From assembly GCA_000092065.1 (NCBI GenBank), contig CP000586.1: a stretch of 64,000 nucleotides of DNA; one strand, written 5' to 3'. The stretch is from Ostreococcus lucimarinus. Its lineage: Eukaryota. Position numbers and translations under genes: made by a program. This document shows positions 39,642 to 49,129 of this stretch, piece after piece (within the stretch, counting starts at the first letter, position 1; each line of letters starts with the position of its first letter). Under the pieces are notes generated by a model, which was not told the origin of the DNA, did not search any database, and saw only the letters and a program-made list of their open reading frames with translations.

Positions 39642-40586
39642 CTAATCAAACTTTTTCGGGTTGAGGTTGACGAACGGCTCGCATGTTTCGTCCGTCGAGG
39701 CGTCGCCGAAATCGCCTTCCATTTCGTCTAAAGAATCGTACGTGTTCCCCTTGGCGTCCCAATACGCCCAACTCTGATCGAGCACGTGCGACATCCGACG
39801 CTCCTTCGCCGCCAAGTATCCTTCGTTGAATAAATTCGCCTTGACCACGCACGCGATGCGACCGGTTATTTTTATCCCCCCACACTCTAATTCTCTGATC
39901 TTTCTCGGATTGTTTGTCATCAGTTGCACGCTGCGCACGTCCAGCTCTCGCAACATGTTCTCCACCGCCGTGTACTCGCGCGTGTCGTCCGGCAACCCGA
40001 GCCTTCGGTTGGCGTCCACGGTGTCCACCCCCTCCTCTTGCACCGCGTACGCCGCGATCTTATTCGCCAATCCGATCCCACGTCCCTCTTGCTGCAAGTA
40101 ACACACGATCCCGGGTCCGTTTTCTTTAATGTAATCCATCGCCATCTCCAGCTGTTGCTTGCAGTCGCACTTCATCGACCCTAACACCTCCGACGTGAAG
40201 CACGCGTCGTGCACGCGCACCGGCACGTTCTCGCGTCCCTCCACGTCGCCGTATATCACGCACACCGGTTCGGTGACGTCTCCCGTCGTCGGATTCGCGT
40301 GTCGATACGCCCTGACCCTGTAGAACCCCTTGTCCGTCGGCAGCTTGGTCTCCGCGACGAAGCGCGTGAGCCCGAGCGTCGCGTCCTCCGACATCTCGCG
40401 CATCTTCGCGCGCGATTCCGTCTCTTCCGGCGTCGATCGCGCGCGCGTGCGCTCGCGCGCGCCGCGACTCGTCGACGACGCGGACGCCGTGGATGACGAC
40501 GACGACGCGCGCGCGCGCCGCGCGGACGCGCTCGACCGCGCGGACGCGCTCAAGGACGGCCGAAGCACGCTCGACGACGCGCGCAT
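39642..40586 (-). CDS. ribA: GTP cyclohydrolase II (riboflavin biosynthesis, RibA C-terminal-domain type) with an S/R/A-rich presequence
   Basis: RVHDACFTSEVLGSMKCDCKQQLEMAM...YLQQEGRGIGLANKIAAYAVQEEGVDTVDAN matches GCHII, including the Cys-x2-Cys zinc site and the Arg/Tyr catalytic region. The first ORF ATG at 40751 is only 6 nt from the tRNA, so the start was taken at the ATG at 40586. An alternative Met at 40403. Confidence 0.8.
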   Translation of the reverse strand: MRASSSVLRPSLSASARSSASARRARASSSSSTASASSTSRGARERTRARSTPEETESRAKMREMSEDATLGLTRFVAETKLPTDKGFYRVRAYRHANPTTGDVTEPVCVIYGDVEGRENVPVRVHDACFTSEVLGSMKCDCKQQLEMAMDYIKENGPGIVCYLQQEGRGIGLANKIAAYAVQEEGVDTVDANRRLGLPDDTREYTAVENMLRELDVRSVQLMTNNPRKIRELECGGIKITGRIACVVKANLFNEGYLAAKERRMSHVLDQSWAYWDAKGNTYDSLDEMEGDFGDASTDETCEPFVNLNPKKFD

Positions 40587-40756
40587 GCTCGACGACCTCG
40601 GGCGACGACGACGACGGCGCGCGGGTCGACGCGCGTCGGTGTCGCGTCGCGCCGACGACGCCGCGCGGTCTATCCGAGCGAAGAAATTAGACAATCGGGT
40701 GTGTGATACAGTGAGATGAAATAAATGAAACGTCGTGTGCGTGATGGGCAAAAAAT

Positions 40757-40828
40757 TGCTGATTTAGGGGGTCGAACCCTAGATCTTCTGCTTACAAGGC
40801 AGACGCCTTACCACTTGGCCAAACCAGC
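40757..40828 (-). tRNA. tRNA-Thr (anticodon UGU), 72 nt, no encoded CCA
   Basis: Minus-strand sequence GCTGGTTTGGCCAAGTGGTAAGGCGTCTGCCTTGTAAGCAGAAGATCTAGGGTTCGACCCCCTAAATCAGCA. A 7-bp acceptor stem (one G-U), anticodon stem TCTGC/GCAGA with loop CTTGTAA, and a T-arm with GGTTCGA. Confidence 0.85.
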
Positions 40829-40941
40829 GATGCGCGTACATTAGCACAGATTACGCTATCAAACGACGATAAATAATTGATTGAAACACGCGCGCGCGTT
40901 CGTTACGAATTGTTACGGGTGCGTCACTCCGCGCCGTCGCG

Positions 40942-42861
40942 ATGTCGCGCCCGTTCGAGCGCTTCGACGTCCCGGGCGCGCGCGACGGCGCCGTTTCGAA
41001 CGAGCGCGGCGTGCGCGCGACGCGAACGATCCCCGCCGGCGCGCGCATAATGACCACGGAGCCTTACGCCGCGGCGCTGCGCGCGGAGAAGCGCGAGAGC
41101 CACTGCGCGTGGTCGTTTCAACCGCTGCGCCTCGGCGCGCGCGCGCGCGTCGCGCGCGCGGCGTGCGGCGCGGCGTTCCGAGACGAAGAGAGCCTGAAAC
41201 TCGCGAACACCGTCGAGGCGTTCGAACGCGCGAGCGCGTGGGTGCGAAAGTCGAGTCGAGGAACGCCGGAGACGTCGGCGCGGTGCGCGCTGCAGTGCCT
41301 GGCGCGACGCGCGGGCGAGCGGGACGGGACGTGCGAACGCGCGCGGTACGAACTGTTGGGAGAAGACGCGCGGGGATTCGATGGGGTGTGGGCGCTGAGG
41401 GAATCGAGGGGACGCGATGGGAAGAGCGCGCGGGAATTGGAGAAGGCGATGGAAATCGCGAGCGCGGCGACGGTGGTGGCGGCGCTCGCGGGCGAGGCGA
41501 TGGTGAAGGGGGCGACGCCGGAGGAGATAGAGACGAAAATGCTCAACCTGAAGGTCGAGTCGGGGGTCGACACGCAGTTTGTGATCTCGTTGTTGTCGCG
41601 ATTTGAAATTAATGGGTTCACCATCGCGGACGACGACATGCAACGCGTCGGTTTCGGGATTTATCCCGAGGCGTCTCTGTTTAATCACTCGAGCACGCCC
41701 AACGCGCAGGTGATGTTCAAGGGTAAGACGCTCGTGGTGAAGACGTTGAGGGAAATCGCGGTCGGCGAGGAAATCACGATCTCGTACGGCGAGCAGTACA
41801 TGCCGCGAGAATGGACGAGACGCCGGATGCTCTCGTCGTACGGTTTCGACGCATATGCGGCGTACCCCAAGTATGAAGTCGCGGAAGCGGCGCGGCGACG
41901 AGTCTTGGACGCCGCGACGCGAACGCGGCTTCCCATGCGATTGGGCGAACTAGTCGATTTAGGCGAGGACGTGTGCTGGTATGCGGGCGAACTTCTTCCC
42001 GACGAAGATCTCGCGCGCGACCGGTTTTGGCACCAACTCGACGTCGACGCGTACGGGGACGAGTTTGCAAACTCTGGAATCATGCTCATCAAAGACGAAT
42101 CACGCGCACGCAAAACGAGCGATGATGACGACGACGATCACGACGACGGTTGGAACGAAAACAATGAGATCATGATTTGGGGCAAATTCCCAGAACATTG
42201 CGACCGCGAGCTCACCGCCATTAATTTTGCCAACGCCGCGCGCTCGCTCGAACTTCTCGGCGCGGATGGCGAAGACGACGACGAGGACGACGATCGCGAT
42301 CCCGTGATCGCATTGCAGGGCTATGAGAAAGTGGCGCGCGCGTTGTTATCAGGAGACGATAAAGCAGCCGCAGTGGGAAGAAATCACGAGATATTAAAGC
42401 ACGTCAATCTAAAACGGACGTTGAAGTTGACGGAACTCACGGCGCGCGTGATGCGAGATTTTGATGAACGCAAATCTGCGTGTTTCGTTGCCGTGGTGGA
42501 AAGTTCCGTGGGGGCATTTCGCGCGTGTCAAGCCACTGAAACGGTGTACAAAATGAGCGCCGGATTCAGCCCGTTCGATTCCGTGTACGTCCATCTTAAA
42601 TTTCAAATGCTCAAGCTCGGCGTCTTGGCGTTGGGGTACCTCGCGCACCTGTGCGATCAGAGCGGTGCGCGCGCTGACTATCGCAAGCTCGCTCGTGAGT
42701 TGTGCCGACACGCGATTCTTACCCATAACGAACTCAAAACTGTCATGAGTAAAGCGAGCTGCGACGGCATGGTGATGCACAACGAGTGGAGTCGAGATGC
42801 TCAATCACTTTTCGCCGACTTGAGCTTCATTCGTCAACGCATCCAACAGTGGGGGAAATAG
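40942..42861 (+). CDS. SET-domain protein, SMYD / Rubisco-LSMT-like lysine methyltransferase
   Basis: N-terminal SET-N (GVRATRTIPAGARIMTTEPYAAAL), SET core (INGFTIADDD...GIYPEASLFNHSSTPNAQVMFKGKTLVVKTLREIAVGEEITISYG) and a long helical C-terminal region. ATG at 40942. Confidence 0.8.
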   Translation: MSRPFERFDVPGARDGAVSNERGVRATRTIPAGARIMTTEPYAAALRAEKRESHCAWSFQPLRLGARARVARAACGAAFRDEESLKLANTVEAFERASAWVRKSSRGTPETSARCALQCLARRAGERDGTCERARYELLGEDARGFDGVWALRESRGRDGKSARELEKAMEIASAATVVAALAGEAMVKGATPEEIETKMLNLKVESGVDTQFVISLLSRFEINGFTIADDDMQRVGFGIYPEASLFNHSSTPNAQVMFKGKTLVVKTLREIAVGEEITISYGEQYMPREWTRRRMLSSYGFDAYAAYPKYEVAEAARRRVLDAATRTRLPMRLGELVDLGEDVCWYAGELLPDEDLARDRFWHQLDVDAYGDEFANSGIMLIKDESRARKTSDDDDDDHDDGWNENNEIMIWGKFPEHCDRELTAINFANAARSLELLGADGEDDDEDDDRDPVIALQGYEKVARALLSGDDKAAAVGRNHEILKHVNLKRTLKLTELTARVMRDFDERKSACFVAVVESSVGAFRACQATETVYKMSAGFSPFDSVYVHLKFQMLKLGVLALGYLAHLCDQSGARADYRKLARELCRHAILTHNELKTVMSKASCDGMVMHNEWSRDAQSLFADLSFIRQRIQQWGK

Positions 42862-42938
42862 AGGAATAGGGATCGTTGATAGCTGCGCAATTTCGTATTG
42901 TTACAAGTAGTACCAGTAGTCAGTCTAGAAATGGTACG

Positions 42939-44402
42939 TCACGATTCGTCGACGCTCATCGCGAAACGCGGCGCCACGCCGGTTTGGACGTAGTCAACCT
43001 TCCAACCTGATCGAATCATCGACGCTTCGAAGTCGGCGACGCGCTCGTCAGCGTATGCGTACGCACGGGATCTCGATTTTGTCTCGTCCACGCGAAGCTT
43101 TTGACACGCTAACGCGGCGGCGAGCATATCGCGTGACGTCGCGTGCTCGAGCAGGAGCACCGAGGCGACGTCGTCGCGTTTGGGATCCCATCCCAACACG
43201 TACGATCGACCTTTCGCGAGGCGTACGGCGTCGGTGAACGCGTTCCAATCCTCGCCGATTTCGCTCGGTGATGCTCCGTACGAGGGCGTCGTCGCCGTGC
43301 GACGCGGTTTGTACACGCCCTCCATGTCGGCGACGACGACGCAGTCGGGAAGTTCCTCGTCCTCGTTCGCCACGAACGCCTCCGCGAGCTTCAACAATCG
43401 AAACCGATTGAGCGTATCAAACTTCAGCGATTTGGCCGCTTGCCAACACGCGAACACGTGAACGCCGATGACGCCACCATAGGCACCGAACGCCGCGACG
43501 AACGCGCCGAACTCGTCGCCATCCGCCGCGAGATCCGCCGCCGCCGCGCTCACGAGCTGAAACACCTGAATCCCCGCCGGAAGCGCTATGAGCGCCAACC
43601 ATCGCCCCTGTACCTCGAGTTTGGCACGAATGTCCCCTAAATTATTATTTCGCCCGAAATGTTGCATGAACGTCCCGTTCAACAGGCTCCCTCGTCCCGT
43701 CAACGCCGCCGCTCTGACAAACGTCGCCGACGCCGCCAACGGCAAAAACAACCCCGGTGCCGCCGGCGTCACCAACTCTATCGCTCGCGCCACGTCCTCG
43801 AGCGTATTCGACAACCCCCACCATCGTTTCGGGTCCTCGTCGTACCTCTGTCCCCCGAACGACCCCGCGATGAGCGTCGCGAACGATCCCACGCCGTCCT
43901 TCAGCACCCACTTCGCCGCCGCCGTCAGCGGCAGCGCCCCCGGCGTGTTTCCCATCCCCAGCGCCACCAGCAGCGACTGCGCGCTCATTATCTCCAGCAC
44001 GTCCCTAAACAGCAGCGACAACAGCTGCCAGCGCAACCATTCGACGTAATCCGCGCTCGTCGTCGCCGGGAATCCGCTCGGCAGAAAGATTCTTCGCAGC
44101 TCCGGCATCACGCTCGCCCGCTCCCGTCCCGTCGCCGCGTCGATCGGTCGCGCGCGTCGCATCGACCGCGACGCGTCCGCGCTCGCGATCCACCTCGCGC
44201 TCGCCTGCGCGCCGCGCATCTCGACCACGTCGAGGCGTCCCGGCGTCGCCGACGACGTCGTCGGCGCGTCATCGTCCGACGTCGCGTCGCGCGCGCGCCG
44301 CGCGCCGCCTCGGCGCGCCGGCGCGGCGCGCGAGAGGTCTCGGCGCGCGCGCGACGGCGCGCGCGCGACGTTCGCGCCTCGGCGCGGCGCCGACGCGCGC
44401 AT
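42939..44402 (-). CDS. RUS / DUF647 family protein (ROOT UV-B SENSITIVE-like)
   Basis: LRRIFLPSGFPATTSADYVEWLRWQLLSLLFRDVLEIMSAQSLLVALGMG is the characteristic DUF647 N-terminal block. S/R-rich presequence. Confidence 0.65.
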   Translation of the reverse strand: MRASAPRRGANVARAPSRARRDLSRAAPARRGGARRARDATSDDDAPTTSSATPGRLDVVEMRGAQASARWIASADASRSMRRARPIDAATGRERASVMPELRRIFLPSGFPATTSADYVEWLRWQLLSLLFRDVLEIMSAQSLLVALGMGNTPGALPLTAAAKWVLKDGVGSFATLIAGSFGGQRYDEDPKRWWGLSNTLEDVARAIELVTPAAPGLFLPLAASATFVRAAALTGRGSLLNGTFMQHFGRNNNLGDIRAKLEVQGRWLALIALPAGIQVFQLVSAAAADLAADGDEFGAFVAAFGAYGGVIGVHVFACWQAAKSLKFDTLNRFRLLKLAEAFVANEDEELPDCVVVADMEGVYKPRRTATTPSYGASPSEIGEDWNAFTDAVRLAKGRSYVLGWDPKRDDVASVLLLEHATSRDMLAAALACQKLRVDETKSRSRAYAYADERVADFEASMIRSGWKVDYVQTGVAPRFAMSVDES

Positions 44403-44418
44403 GACGCGGCGTCGATGA

Positions 44419-45213
44419 TTGACGACGACGCATCACTCGGCGACGCGCGACGCGCGACGCGCATCGCCCGAGGCGCGCCCTCGACGCCGCGCGACGACGC
44501 GCGCGATGCCGCGCGCGACGACGCGCGCGACGACGCGCGCGACGACGCGCGCGACGACGCGCGCCGCGACGACGGCGACGCGACGCTCGAGGACGACGCG
44601 CGCGGCGCGAGCGACGACGCGACGACGCGCGACGTCGATCGAGGACGTCCCTCCCGAAGACGTCGCCATCGTGGTCGAACTGCTGGACAGCGAGTCGGGG
44701 GAGGAGGTGACGGAGAAGGTGGACGCGATGGCGAAGGGCGGGTTGCTCACGGCGGGCGTCGTCGAGGCGGCGCGCGTCATCGTCGAGGCGAATCGACAGA
44801 GTGGACAAGACCCCGACGTCGTGGCGCTGCTGGAAGACGTGTATAAAACGTTGGATGTGAGACTGCGCGAGATGGCGGCGACGCAGGTGAAGGATGCGCT
44901 GACGTTCGCGCAGGAATTGATGAAGTATTTCACGGCGGAGGATTTGGAGCGCGACGAATCGGTGGCGGTGACGAAGGTGCAGTTGATGATGCGAGAGGAG
45001 TTCGAGAGGCCGGGAGGGGTGTCGAGGGAAGCGTTGGCGAAATATCTCGACGAGGTGTTGCCGGTGATGGATCAACAGGACGAGAGAATACAGAGCGGGT
45101 TGGAGACGGCGACGACGCCCGAGCAACAGGCGCAAATCGTTCAGCTGATGATGCAACGCACGAAGGAGCGCATGCAAATCGAATTCATTCGCGATTGCGC
45201 GGCGGGAATTTGA
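44419..45213 (+). CDS. Hypothetical protein with an N-terminal (T-T-R-A)n repeat encoded by a 12-bp tandem repeat. Start uncertain.
   Basis: The ORF has a globular-looking C-terminal 180 aa. The N-terminal repeat comes from (gcgcgacgacgc)n. The divergent neighbour's start is only 17 bp away, so the true start is probably an internal Met. Confidence 0.4.
   Translation: MTTTHHSATRDARRASPEARPRRRATTRAMPRATTRATTRATTRATTRAATTATRRSRTTRAARATTRRRATSIEDVPPEDVAIVVELLDSESGEEVTEKVDAMAKGGLLTAGVVEAARVIVEANRQSGQDPDVVALLEDVYKTLDVRLREMAATQVKDALTFAQELMKYFTAEDLERDESVAVTKVQLMMREEFERPGGVSREALAKYLDEVLPVMDQQDERIQSGLETATTPEQQAQIVQLMMQRTKERMQIEFIRDCAAGI
44489..44586. repeat. 12-bp tandem repeat (GCGCGACGACGC), about 7 imperfect copies
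   Basis: Direct reading of a gcgcgacgacgc unit iterated with a few substitutions. Confidence 0.8.
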
Positions 45214-45263
45214 GCGCGATGGACGGTGATTTTTAATATCAAAACTACTAATACTGACGACGA

Positions 45264-46256
45264 CTAATTGAAGCGTAAACCAAACTTTGATTGCCCCCCC
45301 CTCGATTGGCCGCGCAGCTCGGCGCCGCCCGCGAGGCCCATGTCGAAATTCGCCTTGCTCTCGACTTGCGTGCCCGACGCGGCGAATCCAGTGCCTCCTT
45401 TTTGCAGTTTAATGACATCCTTATCGGGTCGAATCTTCACACCGTCGTACGCGCCCTCTTTCTCGACGACTCGCTTGAAACCTTCCTCCGAAATCGCCGT
45501 CCCCGTCGGCTTGAGCACGACGATGGCCGTGGCGTTCGTAAACGTCTTATACGTGATCGGACACATGTACTTCCCGCTCTCCCCCTCTCGCACTTTCGTC
45601 CACTTGATCGTCACTAAATCCTTCATCCGCAACCTCTCCAACGTCGTCGGACACTTGGTCTCCTTCTCCGGCTTCTCCTTCGCTCGCGTCAACCCGTCGT
45701 CGACGCCGCCGTCCACCCTCCAAAACCCATCCATCGTCGCCGCGCGCGTCGCGTTCACCTCCATCGCCTGTCGCGACGCCGCGCCCGCGTACGCTTTCCC
45801 CTCGCCCTCGACCTCGTCCGTCGTCCCTCCCCCGCCGTGATTCGCCGCGTGAAACGCCGCCAGCTCGACGCGTCGCCGCTTCGCGTCCCGCGCGTCGTCC
45901 GCCCTCGCCTCCGCCTCCTTCGCCCGCGCGTGCTCTCGCGCCTTCCGCTCGAACTCCCGCCTCTGATCGACGAGACATTGCACGATCGCGCCTCGATCGT
46001 ACACCACGCCTCGCGGCGTGCACACGCCGTCGTCCGTCGTCGACAGCGTCAGCGCGCACGCGTCGAAATCCTTCACCGTCTCCCGCCCGAGTCGCTCGCG
46101 CACGGTCCCGTATCCCAGCGCGCGCCGCTCCGCGTGCGTCAGCGCCTCGGAACCGAGCGTCCCGGCCTGCTTGGAGTGCTTCTTCGTGCTCCCGCGCGCC
46201 ATGACGCGCGCGATTCTGTCGTCAAAAAGCGTCGACGCGCGGCGTTCGCGACGCAC
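45264..46256 (-). CDS. NOSIP: NOSIP-family U-box-like E3 ubiquitin ligase (nitric oxide synthase-interacting protein homologue)
   Basis: Colinear with human NOSIP: ...VKDFDACALTLSTTDDGVCTPRGVVYDRGAIVQCL..., CPTTLERLRMKDLV, YMCPITYKTFTNATAIVVLKPTGTAIS, and LQKGGTGFAASG near the C-terminus. Confidence 0.85.
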   Translation of the reverse strand: MRRERRASTLFDDRIARVMARGSTKKHSKQAGTLGSEALTHAERRALGYGTVRERLGRETVKDFDACALTLSTTDDGVCTPRGVVYDRGAIVQCLVDQRREFERKAREHARAKEAEARADDARDAKRRRVELAAFHAANHGGGGTTDEVEGEGKAYAGAASRQAMEVNATRAATMDGFWRVDGGVDDGLTRAKEKPEKETKCPTTLERLRMKDLVTIKWTKVREGESGKYMCPITYKTFTNATAIVVLKPTGTAISEEGFKRVVEKEGAYDGVKIRPDKDVIKLQKGGTGFAASGTQVESKANFDMGLAGGAELRGQSRGGQSKFGLRFN

Positions 46257-46348
46257 TCGTCGACGCTTCGAGCCGCGCGCGCGCGCGCGTCGCGACCGCG
46301 ACGGCGACGACGCGGCGCGCGCGATTCTCGTCGCGTCGCCGCTTCGCG

Positions 46349-47512
46349 ATGCGCGCGTCGTGGGTCGAGGTGTCGACGCCGCGTCGTCCGCGTTCGAGTG
46401 CGCTCGCGCGCGTCGTCGAATCCTGCGTCGCCGGCGCGTCGAGCGACCTCGCGAGCGGCGACGACGCGCGCGCGCGCGTCGTCGCGACCGCGGTCGTGAA
46501 GCGCGGCGCCTCGGCGCTCGGCGCGGCGTCGGAGGAGTTCGGCGGGACGGCGCCGCGCGGGTTGGCGCGCGCGACGACGGCGCGGCTGCGAGCGCTGGGC
46601 GTCTCGGACGCCGTCGTCGACGAGTGCGGACGACGGTTTTGGCGCTCGAGCGATGGTGCGGAGGTGGTGGTGCCGACGTCGAGCGTCGGGTGGTTGACGC
46701 ACGCGAAGGCGCAGTATTGCGCGGCGAGGCGGGACGGAAACGTGGACGCGGCGAGCGAGCGGGACGGGACGGGACGGGCGACGCGGGACATCGCGGTGGG
46801 CGAGACGCTGACGGTGCGCGCGGAGGAGAGCGAGGGCGATGGGGGGAGCGGTGGATGGGTGGGCGCGTCGGCGGTGCGCGCGGAGGAGGGCGAGCGAGGA
46901 GACGGGTTGTTGCGGTGGTTGACGACGGCGGCGCCGGCGGCGTTGCGATCGAAGGCGGACGGATCCGTCGGCGTCTTCGCGCTCGAGGACGTCGCCGCGG
47001 GGCGGACGCTGGATTTTTCGATGAAACGTGTGGATGAAATCGTGCGCGGGAGCCCGCTCGTGGGCGAGGAGGTGCACGGGAAGTTGGCCAAGGCGTTTCG
47101 GCGTCACGGCGCCGCGGGCGAAGCCGCGCTCGAACGATTACGAAGACGATTTCCTTTTTCGAAGACGTACCAGACGTTCCCGATGTTCGGCGCGTTCGAT
47201 GAGATTACGACGCTGAGCGCGATTAGTCACGCGGACGAGCCGAATTTGGCCCGCGAGGCGAACGCGCCGCTCGGCGCGCGATTCGTCGCGACGCGAGACG
47301 TCGCCGCGGGCGAGGAGTTCACGTTGCATCGCGGACGCGACTGCATTTTAGAGGTGCCAGGCACGGGTGGGTTTTTAGCGCACTACGAGTGGGCCGTAGA
47401 GGGTAAGGAGGCGCCGTGGGAGCGCGCGGGCGCGGGAGGACGCGCGCGCGGCGGGATAGACTATAGCAAGTGGGACGACGTCGCGTCGAGCTCATCGGAG
47501 GATTTAGATTAA
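46349..47512 (+). CDS. Divergent SET-domain-like protein. The start could be later.
   Basis: GVFALEDVAAGRTLDF (SET-N-like) and ISHADEPNLAREANAPLGARFVATRDVAAGEEFTLHRG (SET-C NHSC.PN...RDI..GEEL-like). Weaker than the gene at 40942. Confidence 0.5.
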   Translation: MRASWVEVSTPRRPRSSALARVVESCVAGASSDLASGDDARARVVATAVVKRGASALGAASEEFGGTAPRGLARATTARLRALGVSDAVVDECGRRFWRSSDGAEVVVPTSSVGWLTHAKAQYCAARRDGNVDAASERDGTGRATRDIAVGETLTVRAEESEGDGGSGGWVGASAVRAEEGERGDGLLRWLTTAAPAALRSKADGSVGVFALEDVAAGRTLDFSMKRVDEIVRGSPLVGEEVHGKLAKAFRRHGAAGEAALERLRRRFPFSKTYQTFPMFGAFDEITTLSAISHADEPNLAREANAPLGARFVATRDVAAGEEFTLHRGRDCILEVPGTGGFLAHYEWAVEGKEAPWERAGAGGRARGGIDYSKWDDVASSSSEDLD

Positions 47513-47527
47513 TTTTAGAGCGCGCCG

Positions 47528-49081
47528 CTATCGTTTACAATCGTCTAAGTGCGCGTTTATCTCGCTCGCGATGTACTCGGCTTCCCTTCGACTCAAGCTC
47601 GCTAAAATCGGCACCATCGTGTCGTCCTCGCGTTTGATATAAATCAAACCGTCCGGGCGAACGAAGCAGCCTTCTAAATCGGCGGTTTCGCCCACCTTGT
47701 CGATGAATTTCATCCCACCCCCTTCGCACGCGACGCGATAGTTTTCTCGGTCGATGAAGACGTCACCCTTCGCGACGAAAGATCGCACGACTTCGCCGGA
47801 CAAGTCCGCGCCGACTTTCCAAAAAGGTAACGAAAATAACGCCATGAGCCACGCGCCGGACGCCAACACGCCAGCCGTCCATAATCCCGTGATCGCGGTC
47901 CACGTGATGCCAAAGAATGCTTTGTACAACACATCACCATTCGCACCTGAGGGCGGAATCGCGATTGATACTGAATTTCCGGCGTCGCGAACGAGCTCGG
48001 TGACCATGGTTTTCGGTTTCGGCGAGCCGCGCGGTGCGAGAGGTTCCGGCGCATAAATGGGCACCGTCGGCGTACGTTCCACCACGTCGTCGCTTCGACC
48101 GCGAAAATTTCTACCACTCACCATGGGAGTCGCGGCGGAATTCAGCGCGTCTAGCGCCTCTCGAGGCGTGCGAAACCGATCTTCCGGCGACGGCTCGAGC
48201 AAGCGCTCGAGCACCGAGCGCAAGCGACGATCTTCGATGTAAACTTCGTCGAAATTTACCTTCAATCGCTCTGTTTTGAACCCACTCGGCGGTCGTCCAC
48301 TCAGCAGAAACAACACCGTCGCGCCGACGCCGTACTGATCGCTCTTCGGCGATGAACCTCCCATGAGCGTTTCCGGCGCCATGTAACCGAAAGTTCCGAC
48401 CACCGTCGATCCGAACGAATCAGAATCGATCGCCGCCGCCGCGGCACCGCCGAAATCAACCAAAAACACGCGTTCCCCATCGTCATCGATCACCACATTC
48501 GCCGGCTTCACGTCTCTGTGCACCACCGGCGGTCGCAACGAGCTCGTGTATTCGAGCGTCTCCAGCAACTGTCTCAAAATTTCGCGCGCCTCGCGTTCCG
48601 TCGGACGCCACCCTTCGCCCACTTTATCCTCTAAATTTCGACCGACCGCTAAACGTTGCACCAAGACGTACCTTCGATCGAACTCGCTGTCCAGCGTGAA
48701 CGAATCGACGTACTCGGGCACGCGCTCGAAGTCGAGCGCTCTGAGCGTCGCACACTCGCGCTCGAACAATTCTACCGCCTTGAAACCCCCGTTCGTCGAG
48801 CGGCCGCGGCCGCGAAGCGTGAGCGTCTTCAGCGCGACGTCCGCGCCGTTCGACTCGCACCGCGCGCGATACGTCACCGCGCTCGAGCCGGCGCCCAGGC
48901 GCTCCAACAGTTGGAACTTTTCGCCGCTGGGACTCGTCAGGGACGTCCCGACGTCGACGTCGTCGTCCGCGAAGCCGCGCGCGCGCGCGCGCGCGCGCGG
49001 GCGTCGACGTCGTCGCGACCGGGGCGCTTCGAGCGCGCGGGCGCGCGCCGAGGGCGCGGTGAAGGACGACGCGCGAGCCAT
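47528..49081 (-). CDS. Ser/Thr protein kinase with an N-terminal presequence and a C-terminal hydrophobic region
   Basis: LGAGSSAVTYRA, VALKTL, VVHRDVKPANVVI, DFGGAAA and GTFGYMAPE. The first ORF ATG at 49129 directly abuts the upstream gene's TAG, so the start was taken at the next Met (cat 49079-49081). Confidence 0.75.
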   Translation of the reverse strand: MARASSFTAPSARARALEAPRSRRRRRPRARARARGFADDDVDVGTSLTSPSGEKFQLLERLGAGSSAVTYRARCESNGADVALKTLTLRGRGRSTNGGFKAVELFERECATLRALDFERVPEYVDSFTLDSEFDRRYVLVQRLAVGRNLEDKVGEGWRPTEREAREILRQLLETLEYTSSLRPPVVHRDVKPANVVIDDDGERVFLVDFGGAAAAAIDSDSFGSTVVGTFGYMAPETLMGGSSPKSDQYGVGATVLFLLSGRPPSGFKTERLKVNFDEVYIEDRRLRSVLERLLEPSPEDRFRTPREALDALNSAATPMVSGRNFRGRSDDVVERTPTVPIYAPEPLAPRGSPKPKTMVTELVRDAGNSVSIAIPPSGANGDVLYKAFFGITWTAITGLWTAGVLASGAWLMALFSLPFWKVGADLSGEVVRSFVAKGDVFIDRENYRVACEGGGMKFIDKVGETADLEGCFVRPDGLIYIKREDDTMVPILASLSRREAEYIASEINAHLDDCKR

Positions 49082-49129
49082 GAGGCGCGAAGTGGCGCGA
49101 AGCGCGCGAGACGCTGAATTTACAATCAT

